From contig CAWBBN010000009.1 in the NCBI GenBank assembly GCA_963787035.1, forward strand, positions 28,830 through 92,829: a DNA stretch of 64,000 nt. Reading direction: 5' to 3'. The notes beneath the pieces were generated by a model. That model ran no database searches, had not been told where the DNA came from, and saw nothing but the letters and a program-made list of their open reading frames with translations. Both the position numbers and the translations under genes were made by a program. Below are positions 33,089 through 46,267 of this stretch, in pieces. Position 1 is the stretch's first letter. Each line of letters opens with the position of its first letter. The stretch comes from Vicinamibacteria bacterium. Its GTDB lineage: Bacteria > Acidobacteriota > Vicinamibacteria > Vicinamibacterales > JAENWD01.

Positions 33089-34128
33089 TTATCGCCACCG
33101 GAACAGCCAGAGCGCGGCAGGGAACGTGATCGCCCCCCAGGCGGCGAGCACAGCCCATGCCCCGGCCAGGCCGGACGGCCCGGTGCCTTCGAGCATCACG
33201 GCCCGCAGCCCGTCGTTCAGGGCCGTCAGTGGCAGCAGATGGATGGCCGGCTGCATCGCCTCGGGAAAGTTCGAGGACGCGAAGAACACCCCGGACAGCA
33301 GCCACATCGGCAGCATGACCAGGTTCAGCAGACCCGAGACCGCTTCGACCGTCCGCGCGCGGCTGGCGACGAGCAGGCCGATGCCGCCGAACGACAGGCC
33401 GCCGATGAGACAGGTCGCGGCCAGCATCAGCCACGAACCGCGCATCGGCACGCCGAAGACCAGTCGGCTGAAGCCAACGAGCGCGCCTACTTCGATAACG
33501 AGGAACACCAGCCGTCCGAACAAATGGCCGAGCAGGTAGTCGCGCTTGCGCATCGGCGACGCGACGAGCCGCTTGAGCAGCTTGCGCGTGCGCGCCGTCA
33601 CCACGGAGAAGCCGATGCCCCAGAGACCGGTGCTCATGATGTTCATGCCGAGCAGGCCGGGCACGAGCCAGTCGACGTAGCGCGATCCGACGACTTCGAC
33701 CGGCTGGTCGCGCGCGGCGACCGGATCCACGCGGCCTCCTGCGCGTTGCAGCGCGTCGTCGACGATGCGGCGCGCGAGCCGGCTTTCGGCGCGCGCGGGA
33801 TCGAATCGGTAGGTGATCGGTGAGCCCGGCACCACGACGAGCTGCACGTCGGATCTCGCGAGCGCCCGGTCGAGATCGGCCGGCGCAAAGCGCTTGATGT
33901 CGACGCCGCCGGACTTCGTGAGCGTCGCGGCAATCGCGTCCCCGTCGGCTCCGGAGGCGATTCCGACGACGGCAGGCGGTTCGGATCGCGATCGAAACGC
34001 GAGGCCCAGGGCGCATGTCATCAGGATCGGGAACACGAAGACCCAGAAGACCGCTTCCGGCTCGCGGACGAACTCGCGCAGCCGCACGAGCGTCAGCTCG
34101 ACGAGGGCGGGCCGCGGACGGCTACTGG

Positions 34129-34132
<4 letters not shown>
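33089..34132 (-). CDS. ABC-2 type transporter permease
   Basis: REPEAVFWVFVFP, YVDWLVPGLLGM, LKRLVASP, LSGVFF, LPLTALNDGLR. Confidence 0.92.
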
Positions 34133-35058
<926 letters not shown>

Positions 35059-35091
35059 GACCCGGGGATCGTCAGCAGGAACGCGACTCCA

Positions 35092-35115
35092 GTAGGCCGG
35101 GGCTTCAGCCCCGGC
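35092..35115. repeat. REP-like palindrome GTAG-GCCGGGGC-TTCA-GCCCCGGC
   Basis: Same loop and GTAG tag as other copies, opposite orientation; degenerate relatives at 36869-36950. Confidence 0.8.
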
Positions 35116-35180
35116 ACCTCGACGCGCGCATGTGAGCGGCGGCATCCGAACGTTGCGGCGGTGTGATAGATCGATCGGAC

Positions 35181-36147
35181 ATGCATCGACTCGTCGTCGC
35201 GGCCGTGGGGCTGCTTTCGATCTCTGCCGTCGCGCCGGGTGAGCCGCCTGGCGCAGCCGCCGGGCCGGCGCGTGCTGCTCGACGCGCACAACGCGTATCC
35301 GTACGAGGGCCGCTTCGACGACCGCGTGCCGCGCGCGCTGGCGACGGGCACGCCGCTCGCGATCGAGCAGGACGTCGCATGGTGCGCCACCTCGCCCGGG
35401 CACATGGAGCCTGTCGTCGCGCACGACACGGCGTGCCGCGGCGACGAGCCCACGCTGCAGCATTACTTCTTCGATCGCGTGGGGCCGCTCCTCGATCAGG
35501 CCGTCGAACATCCGCGGCCGGAGACCTGGCCGCTGATCACGCTGAACCTCGACTTCAAGATGGAGCCGCCTGAACTGCTACGCGCAGTGGGGGCACTTGT
35601 CGCAGCGCATCCCGCCTGGCTGACGACCGCCCCGCGCGCCACGGACGACTCGACGCCCGCGGAGATGACACTGGGGCCGCTGCTCGTGCTCACCGGCGAG
35701 TCGGACGCGCAGGAACGCGTGTTCCACGACGAGGTGCCTGCCGGAGGACGCCTGCTGATCTTCGGCGCGGCGCACAACCGCCCTGGCGTGGCCGAGGGCG
35801 AAGTGCCGCAGCCGACGCCGGCCACCAACTACCGGCGCTGGTGGAATCACCCGTGGAAAGTGGTCGAGCCGCGCGGACAACGAGACGCCGGCGCGTGGAC
35901 GCCCGAGAGCGCCGCGCGCCTCCAGACCGTCGTGTCGCGCGCCCACGCGGCCGGTCTCTGGATTCGGTTCTACACCCTCGATGGGTTCCCCGCGGCCGAC
36001 GGGGATCGTTTCGGCTGGTTCGCGTCGTACAACTTCGGCAGCCTGGACGCCGCGGAGACGCGCTGGCGCGCCGCCATCGCCGCGCGTGTCGACTTCATCG
36101 CCACGGATCAATACGAGGCGCTGGCCTCCGTCGTCCGTAGTCCGTAG
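35181..36147 (+). CDS. Exported PLC/GDPD-like phosphodiesterase TIM-barrel protein; frame change near 35235
   Basis: Signal peptide, DAHNAYPY, AIEQDV, VVAHD, LNLDFK, IRFYT, VDFIATDQ. Confidence 0.65.
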
Positions 36148-36160
36148 TCCGTAGTCCGAA
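36131..36160. repeat. Heptamer tandem repeat GTAGTCC
   Basis: TCGTCC GTAGTCC GTAGTCC GTAGTCC GAA; supplies the TAG stop of the upstream gene. Confidence 0.85.
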
Positions 36161-36185
36161 GATCCGTTTGATATGCTGAGTGGTC

Positions 36186-36872
36186 ATGACAACCGAGTGC
36201 ACGGTGGTGATCGCGCCCGCCGATTTGATGGGCGCGCTCACCGAGCGGCTCCGGGCGACGTCCGGGGAACTCATCACGTGCCCCGACAGCGACATCGCGC
36301 GCGCCATTGAAACGGTCGTCGAGCGCAAGCCCACGCGCGTCGCGCTCGAGCGGCTCTTCGCGGCGACCTCGCGCGGCGCGGCCCTTCTGACGCGGCTCAA
36401 GGCCGACCCTGCGCTCGTGGACATCGAGATCCGCATCGTCTCGCACGACAGCGACTACTCGCGCGTGTCGGTTCGGCGACCGATTGGCGGCGCGCCCGGG
36501 TCGACGACTCCCGCCGTGCCGCAGCCGCCGGCGCCGCTCGACCAGGTGGGCACGCGGCGCGCGCCACGGGCGACGATGGCCGAGGGCGTCGACGTCCTGG
36601 TGGATGGCACGCAGTCGCGGCTGATCGACCTGTCGCAGTTCGGCGCGCAGGTGCTCTCGCCCACCGTGCTCAGGCCGAATCAGCGCGTGCGAATTTCGAT
36701 GGTGGACGAACGACAGACGCTGCGCGCGCAGGCGCTGGTGGTCTGGGCGAGGTTCGAGCTGCCGAAGGGCAACCCGACGCCGCACTATCGGGCCGGTCTG
36801 GAGTTCTCAGGCGCGGACGCCGAGGAGGTCGCGGAATACCTCGCGCGCCACAAGCGTCCCGGCGAGCAGTAG
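36186..36872 (+). CDS. PilZ domain protein with N-terminal receiver-like domain
   Basis: RRAPR and DLSQFG c-di-GMP motifs, YRAGLEF terminus. Confidence 0.85.
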   Translation: MTTECTVVIAPADLMGALTERLRATSGELITCPDSDIARAIETVVERKPTRVALERLFAATSRGAALLTRLKADPALVDIEIRIVSHDSDYSRVSVRRPIGGAPGSTTPAVPQPPAPLDQVGTRRAPRATMAEGVDVLVDGTQSRLIDLSQFGAQVLSPTVLRPNQRVRISMVDERQTLRAQALVVWARFELPKGNPTPHYRAGLEFSGADAEEVAEYLARHKRPGEQ

Positions 36873-36953
36873 GCCGGGGCTCCGGGATCCGGGGCTACGC
36901 CCGGGGCTTCAGCGGACCGCTGTAGCCTTGGCGGAGGCTGTCAGCCCCGATCC

Positions 36954-38315
<1,362 letters not shown>

Positions 38316-38317
38316 TC

Positions 38318-39835
38318 ATGCTGTTCATCGACGGATCGTCGCTGACGCTCGACGCCATCGGCGCGGTGGCTCGCGGGGGAACGGCCGACGTCGCGCTGGC
38401 TGACGCGGCGCGCGACCGCATCGACCGCGCCCGTGCCGTCGTCGATCGCAAGGCCGCCGGCAGCGAGGCCGTCTACGGCATCAACACCGGGTTCGGCTCG
38501 TTCGCGGAGGTCCGCATCGAGCCCGACGCGCTCGACCGGCTGCAGGCCAACCTGCTGCGCAGTCACGCGGCCGGCGTCGGCGAGCCCCTCGCGGCGGATG
38601 CCGTGCGCGCGATGATGCTGCTCCGCGCCAACGTGCTCGCGCGCGGCCACTCGGGCATCCGGCTGGCGACCGTCGACGCGCTCCTCGCGCTGCTCAACCC
38701 GCACGTGCATCCCGTCGTGCCGCGCCGAGGCTCGGTCGGCGCCAGCGGAGACCTCGCGCCGCTGGCGCATCTGGCGCTCGTCCTGATCGGCGAAGGCGAG
38801 GTGCTGACGCCGCTCGGCCGCGTGACGGGCGCCGAGGCGCTGCAGCGCGCGGGGCTCACGCCGGTCGCGCTCGGCCCGAAAGAAGGGCTCGCGCTCATCA
38901 ACGGGACGCAGGCGTCCACGGCGGTCCTGGCGCTGGCCCTTGTCGACGCGTGGCGGCTGGCGCGCGCCGCCGACGTCGCCGCCGCCCTTTCGATCGACGC
39001 CCTGCGCGGGTCGACCGTGCCGTTCGATCCGCGGATCCACGCCGCGCGGCCGCATGCCGGGCAGGCCGTGTCGGCCGCCAACATCGTCCGGCTGATGGCC
39101 GGAAGCGCCATCAACGCGTCGCATGCCGACTGCGGGCGCGTGCAGGACGCCTACTCGGAGCGGTGTGCCCCGCAAGTGCATGGCGCAGCACGAGATGCGC
39201 TCGCTCATGCCACGCGGGCGGTCGAAGTCGAAGCCAACGCCTCGACCGACAACCCCATGGTCTTCGCCGAGACCGGCGACATCGTCTCTGGCGGCAACTT
39301 CCACGGCGCTCCGGTCGCCATCGCCGCGGATCTGACGGCGATCGCCATGGCGCACCTGACGACCATCAGCGAGCGGCGGGTCGAACGACTCGTCAATCCC
39401 GCGCTCAGCGGGCTGCCCGCGTTCCTGACCGAGCACGGCGGGCTGGAGTCGGGGCTGATGCTGGCGCAGGTGACCGCGGCGGCCCTGACGTCGGAGGTGA
39501 AGACGCTCTCGCACCCGGCCTCGGTCGACACCATTCCGACGTCGGCGAACAAGGAAGACCACGTGAGCATGAGCATGGGCGCGGCGCTCAAGGCCGCCGA
39601 CGTGGTCGGGCTCGCCACGCGCGTCGTCGCGGTGGAGCTGCTGTGCGCGGCGCGCGCGATCGATCTGCTCGCGCCGCTCACGACGTCGCCGGCGCTGCAG
39701 GCCGCGCACGCGCGGCTGCGCGAGTCTGCGCCGCGTCGCGATCACGACCATCCGCCGTCGGCCGACATCGAGGCCATTGCCGAGGCGATTGCGGGCGGCG
39801 CGTTTGATCACGTCCACGGCTGCGACGTCAACTGA
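38318..39835 (+). CDS. hutH: Histidine ammonia-lyase
   Basis: VYGINTGFG, GSVGASGDLAPLAH (MIO), QDAYS.RC.PQVHG, SGGNFHG; adjacent to hutU. Confidence 0.95.
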   Translation: MLFIDGSSLTLDAIGAVARGGTADVALADAARDRIDRARAVVDRKAAGSEAVYGINTGFGSFAEVRIEPDALDRLQANLLRSHAAGVGEPLAADAVRAMMLLRANVLARGHSGIRLATVDALLALLNPHVHPVVPRRGSVGASGDLAPLAHLALVLIGEGEVLTPLGRVTGAEALQRAGLTPVALGPKEGLALINGTQASTAVLALALVDAWRLARAADVAAALSIDALRGSTVPFDPRIHAARPHAGQAVSAANIVRLMAGSAINASHADCGRVQDAYSERCAPQVHGAARDALAHATRAVEVEANASTDNPMVFAETGDIVSGGNFHGAPVAIAADLTAIAMAHLTTISERRVERLVNPALSGLPAFLTEHGGLESGLMLAQVTAAALTSEVKTLSHPASVDTIPTSANKEDHVSMSMGAALKAADVVGLATRVVAVELLCAARAIDLLAPLTTSPALQAAHARLRESAPRRDHDHPPSADIEAIAEAIAGGAFDHVHGCDVN

Positions 39836-39854
39836 AAAATCTTTTGATGCGTGG

Positions 39855-39883
39855 TTGACAACGCGTCCGACGCTACATACCTT
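39855..39883 (+). promoter_or_regulatory. Sigma70-type promoter upstream of hutU
   Basis: TTGACA-17 bp-TACCTT. Confidence 0.6.
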
Positions 39884-39916
39884 CATACTCTTCCGCCCGA
39901 ACTCACCAGACGAGCG

Positions 39917-41586
<1,670 letters not shown>

Positions 41587-41590
<4 letters not shown>

Positions 41591-42696
41591 CGCCTGCCCG
41601 TCCGGCCTTCGAACGGCGCGTGCTCTCCGCGCTCGACGCGCGGCCCGCGCGCATTCCCGTGCTCGTCGGCAGCTGCGGCACCGGACGCACGTATCTTCTG
41701 CGCAGCATCCGCGAGCGGCTCGGCGAGTCGGGGTGCCAGTACATCGACGTCGAGCGCTCGGCGACGACGCCGGAGCGGCTGCTGCGGACCGTGCTGGCGG
41801 CCTCGCCGTTCAGCGCGGCCGATGTCGGCCCGGACGCGCGATCGCCGCGCGAGGCCTTCGACACGCTCATCGCGTTCTTCCAGGGCGCGCGCGGCCGTAC
41901 CGGCGGGCCGGTGACGTTCCTCCTGGACGAAGCACTCGAGTTCCGGACGTTCGAGAACTTCCCGGGCCTGCGGCACGTGTTCCACGACCTGCTGGCGGGT
42001 CTCGCGGGCTCGACGAACCACTTCGTCCTGACGACGCGCTACATCACGCGCGCGCTTCGCCTGCTGCGCGACCAGGCGCCCGGCATCGAGGTCGTCCCGC
42101 TCACGCCGCTCTCCGCCGACGAGCTCCGCGAGGTCATGGGCCAGGGCTGGGGCGGCGACGACGAAGTCCTGCATGCCGTGCACGCGCTGACCAACGGGCA
42201 CGCCGGGTACGCGCAGGCGATTGCCGACGCGATGCGCGTCATCGGCGCCGACCCGATCAGCGCGCTGTCGTCGCTGCTGTCGCCCGATGGCCAGCTCGCG
42301 CGGGAGCTCACCTACTCGTACGAGCTGCGCCTGCATCGCGCGCGCGGCTACGGCGCGCTCAAGGCCATCCTCGACATCCTCGCCGAGCAGGAACCGCTGA
42401 CGCTCACCGAGATCGCGATTCGCCTGCGGCGCACGCCGGGCTCGACGAAGGACTACCTGTCGTGGCTCGAGGACGTCGATCTGGTCAGCGTGCGGCAGAA
42501 GCGGTACTCAATCGCCGATCCGATGCTGCGCCTGTGGGTGCGCCTGCACTGCCGGCCCGAGCCGCCGAGCGAGGATCTCGTCGCAAAGGAAGTGCAGCAG
42601 TACGCGCTCGCGCGCCTGCCGCTGGCCGCCGAGCCGGCGCTGGTCGGCGCGCGCCTCGACGGCGACCGCAAGTGGGGCATCATCGAGATCGACTAG
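41587..42696 (+). CDS. P-loop ATPase-like domain fused to C-terminal winged-helix (archaeal-ATPase-like architecture)
   Basis: [55 protein letters not shown]; ATGA overlap with hutU. Confidence 0.75.
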
Positions 42697-42710
42697 CGGT
42701 ACCGAAAGAA

Positions 42711-42900
42711 ACCACAGATTACACAGATCACACAGATTTCCTTCTTCCAGACCTCTCGATCCTTCTGACGTTCACCGCGACCCGGGCCGCGATCTCACGC
42801 CGCAGACCTCTGCGTGATCGTTCGCCACTGCTCTGTGCTCTTCGTGTCTCTGTGGCTCCCCGAAAAGAAGAATCTCTGTGCTCTCTGTGCCTCTGTGGCG
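42711..42900. repeat. CACAGA / TCTGTG ~9-10 bp period repeats in inverted arrangement
   Basis: ACCACAGATTTACACAGATCACACAGATT at left; CTCTGTGCTCTTCGTGTCTCTGTGG and TCTCTGTGCTCTCTGTGCCTCTGTGG at right. Confidence 0.75.
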
Positions 42901-42947
42901 GGCCCCTTTCTCTGCGTCTCCGCAGCAGCCCACTGAGGCGGGGTTGA

Positions 42948-42976
42948 TTGACAGCGTCAGCCCTGCGATGTAAAAC
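42948..42976 (+). promoter_or_regulatory. Sigma70-type promoter upstream of the GH51 gene
   Basis: TTGACA-17 bp-TAAAAC, then GGAG RBS before ATG 43010. Confidence 0.55.
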
Positions 42977-43009
42977 GCGTTCCGTCTTAACCCCAAACGG
43001 AGTGACGCC

Positions 43010-44654
43010 ATGGGCTCGACACTGAACCGCCGACGGTTTCTGACGGAGCTCGGACGATCCGGCGCCTTCGTGGCGGCGGGATCCTGGTTGAGCGCGATCG
43101 GCTACACGCAGACGACGAAAGCCGCCGCCCGCGCCGTCATCAACCGTGGACGCTATCGATCGGAGCTCGATCGCCGGGTGCTTGGCGCCTTCCTCGAGCA
43201 CCTGGGACGCGCGATCTACACGGGCGTGTACGAGCCCGATTCGTCGCTGGCCGACAAGAACGGCTTCAGGACGGACGTGATCGGCGAGATCAAGGGCCTG
43301 GGAGTGCCGATCACGCGGTACCCCGGCGGGAACTTCGTCTCCGGCTACAACTGGCTCGACGGCGTCGGCCCGAAGGACAAGCGGCCGACGGTGCTCGAGC
43401 GCGCCTGGAACTCGATCGAGCCGAACCAGTTCGGCACCAACGAGTTCATCGACTGGTGCAAGCTGGTCGGCACCGAGCCGCTGCTCGGCATGAACTTCGG
43501 CACCGGCAGCGCCGAGATGGCCATGGCGTACGTCGAGTACTGCAACGTCGACAAGGGCACGAAATGGAGCGAGCTGCGGCGGTCGCACGGCTACGACGCG
43601 CCGCACAACGTTCGCGTCTGGTGCCTCGGCAACGAGATGGACGGGCCGTGGCAGATCGGCCACATGTCCGCCCGCGAATACGGGCAGAAGGCGCGCGACG
43701 TCGGCCGCGAGATGCGCGAGCATCGATCCCGGGCTCAAGCTGATCGCGTGCGGGTCGAGCAATCGCGCGATGCCGACCTACCTGGTGTGGGACCGTGAAG
43801 TGCTGGAGGAGTGCTACGACCAGGTCGACGCGATCTCGCTGCATTGCTACTACGGCAACACGCCGGAGCTGAGCGGGAACAGCACGGCGAGGTTCCTCGC
43901 GATGAACCTCGACATGGAGCTGCAGATTCACGAGATCGCGGCCGTCTGCGACTACGTGCAGGGGCTGCGGAAATCGCCCAAGCGCCTCTGGCTCTCGTTC
44001 GACGAGTGGAACGTCTGGTATCGCCAGCGCGCAGGCGACGCCACCAACGGCCATCGAACCTTCGCTCCGAAGCTGCTCGAGGAGGTGTACAACCTCGAGG
44101 ACGCGCTGCTCGTCGGCGGGTTCGTGAACTCGCTGCTCAGGCAGTCCGATCGCGTGCGGCTCGCCTGCCTGGCGCAGATCCTCAACGTCATCGCGCCGCT
44201 GGTGACGAACAAGACGTCGGTGCTGCGCCAGAGCATCTACTACCCGTACGCGTGGGCGCTGCAGTATGCGAAGGGGCGCGTCCTCGATCTGGCGGTGGAA
44301 TGCGACACCTATCCCATCACCGGCGCGGGGCTCCGGCCGGACATGGCCCGCGACGACAAGGTGCCCTTCGTGGACGTCGCGGCGACCTTCGACCCGCAGA
44401 CCGGCCAGACCGCGGTGCTGATGCTGAACCGCGACCTGGACTCGGAGCGAGAGCTGATCCTCGAGTGGCAGGATCCGGTGCCGAAGAAAGTGCTCGCCTG
44501 CGAGACGCTGACAGGACCGGACCTCAAGGCGTTCAACACGTTCGAGGACCCGAAGCGCGTGATCCCGAAGCCGCTGGATGCGCCGGCGGCAAGCGCGCGC
44601 ATGACGTTCAAGCTGCCGCCTCGCTCGTACACGGTGGCGCACATCGCGTCGTAG
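43010..44654 (+). CDS. abfA: GH51 alpha-L-arabinofuranosidase, Tat-exported; frame change near 43720
   Basis: NRRRFL Tat motif, FLEHLGRAIYTG, RYPGGNFVSGYNW, LGNEMDGPWQ, SFDEWNVWY. Confidence 0.93.
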
Positions 44655-44706
44655 CTAGCGCCTCTCGGGGATCCGGGCGCGCTCGCGGCCGCCGCGCCCT
44701 TTTTCG

Positions 44707-45864
44707 TCAATGCGCGCCGGATGCGCGCGGCGACGCACGCCGCGCGCTCGTCCGGTCCTCAGGGGCGTCGCCGGGAGCCGCTTCGAGGTCGAGCGGCAGC
44801 CGCTCGAGAAACAATTCGAGGTTGCTGCGCATCACCACGTGCGGCACCACGCGCAGGCGCGAAGGCGGGCGAACGCCGTTGACGAGAAACTGGTAGAGGG
44901 CCTGCAGCGCCATGCGGCCCTGGCTCACTGGCCGCTGATACACCGTCGCGGCGACCTTGCCGGCGCGGATCCACTCGACCAGCTCCGGAAAGAGGTCCGT
45001 GGTGACGACGGTGAGCCCTTTGAGGCGCCCCGCCTCCTCTGCCGCGCGCAGCACCGGCAGCGAGTTCACGGTGCTGACATAGAGACCGCGCAGTTGCGGA
45101 TGCGCGCGCAGCACGCTCAGCATCCGCCGGTGTCCCTCGCGCTCGTCGTCGTGCGCCTCGACGATGGGGCCGAGGCGAATGCGCGCGCCGGTCGCCGCAA
45201 GGCTCGATTCGAAGCCACGCAGCTTGTCGGCGTGCTCCTGCATCTCCAGCCAGCCGGTGAAGAACGCCACCTCGCCTTCGCCGGGAAGGAATCGCGCGAG
45301 GAGCTCGCCTCCGACGGCGCCGACGGTGAACGGGTCGGCCGAGACCGACGTCAGGCGGAGATCTTCGAGCGCGTCGGTCACCACGCAAACGACCGGAATC
45401 TTCCGCTTCTCGGCCTTGCGGAGATACGGCGCGAGCGCAGCCGGGTTGCCCGGCGCGATGATCAGCCCGTCGGTGCCATCGCGCAGCGCGTCGTCGAAGA
45501 GCGAGATGTCGCCTTCGCCGAGACGAGGGTAGACGCGGAAGTCGACGTGCAGGGCGGGGCCGAACGGCGCGGCTGCCTCGCGGATGCCGTCGCGGAGGAA
45601 GTCCCAGAAGAGCGCGATGCGCTTGGGCAGCTGCACCGAGATGCGCACCTGCTTTTGCGACTGGAGATATCGGGCCGCGAGATTGGGACGATACCCGAGC
45701 GACTGGGCCGTGCTCAGCACGAGCGCGCGCGTGGTGGGACTGACGTCGGGCTTGCCGTGCAGCGCGCGATCCACCGTGCCGGTCGAGATGCCGAGCGCGC
45801 GCGCGATGTCCTTGATGCCGACCGGCTTTGGCGTTGGAGCGTGGTGCCTCGAGTCAGCCGGCAT
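44707..45864 (-). CDS. LacI family transcriptional regulator
   Basis: IKDIARALGISTGTVDRALH..LGYRPNLAAR plus periplasmic-binding-protein-like domain. Confidence 0.95.
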   Translation of the reverse strand: MPADSRHHAPTPKPVGIKDIARALGISTGTVDRALHGKPDVSPTTRALVLSTAQSLGYRPNLAARYLQSQKQVRISVQLPKRIALFWDFLRDGIREAAAPFGPALHVDFRVYPRLGEGDISLFDDALRDGTDGLIIAPGNPAALAPYLRKAEKRKIPVVCVVTDALEDLRLTSVSADPFTVGAVGGELLARFLPGEGEVAFFTGWLEMQEHADKLRGFESSLAATGARIRLGPIVEAHDDEREGHRRMLSVLRAHPQLRGLYVSTVNSLPVLRAAEEAGRLKGLTVVTTDLFPELVEWIRAGKVAATVYQRPVSQGRMALQALYQFLVNGVRPPSRLRVVPHVVMRSNLELFLERLPLDLEAAPGDAPEDRTSARRASPRASGAH

Positions 45865-46092
45865 GCGACGCCATCTTAGACGAAGTTCGACCATAGCAGA
45901 GCCGGCGACAGATCGCCGGCGGCGCCCGAGTCTCGGCGCGGGCGACCACCGCCCGGGCCGTCGCGCGGCGACCTCGAGCGACAGGATGAGCTGCCTGCAT
46001 TTCGTCCGTGTGACGAACCTGTCGGCGGCGGTGACGAACGTTGTGGAGAGGTAACCTCAACAGGCTAGCCGCTACATCCAGAAAGATTATTC

Positions 46093-46122
46093 TTGACAGC
46101 CCGAACAGATTGGCGCTAGTTT
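46093..46122 (+). promoter_or_regulatory. Sigma70-type promoter of the TBDR operon
   Basis: TTGACA-18 bp-TAGTTT. Confidence 0.6.
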
Positions 46123-46127
46123 GCCCA

Positions 46128-46143
46128 CCGTGAACGTTCACGG
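46128..46143. promoter_or_regulatory. LacI-type operator CCGTGAACGTTCACGG
   Basis: Perfect 16-bp palindrome with central CG, directly after the -10 box, divergent from a LacI gene. Confidence 0.8.
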
Positions 46144-46267
46144 CGCGTCCCCCCGCCGGGAGGGAACCCTCTAGCTCTACCCTCCGAACGCTCTCCGTGT
46201 CATCGCACGCTCGTGCCTGATCGCTCCGTGTTGGGTCGCACCGGCCGACCCTCGTCGGGAGGTTGAG

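Noticed and set aside
46144-46267. Structured TBDR leader as a cobalamin/TPP riboswitch
   Set aside because: No recognisable conserved riboswitch boxes; the LacI operator explains regulation. An Rfam scan would settle it.
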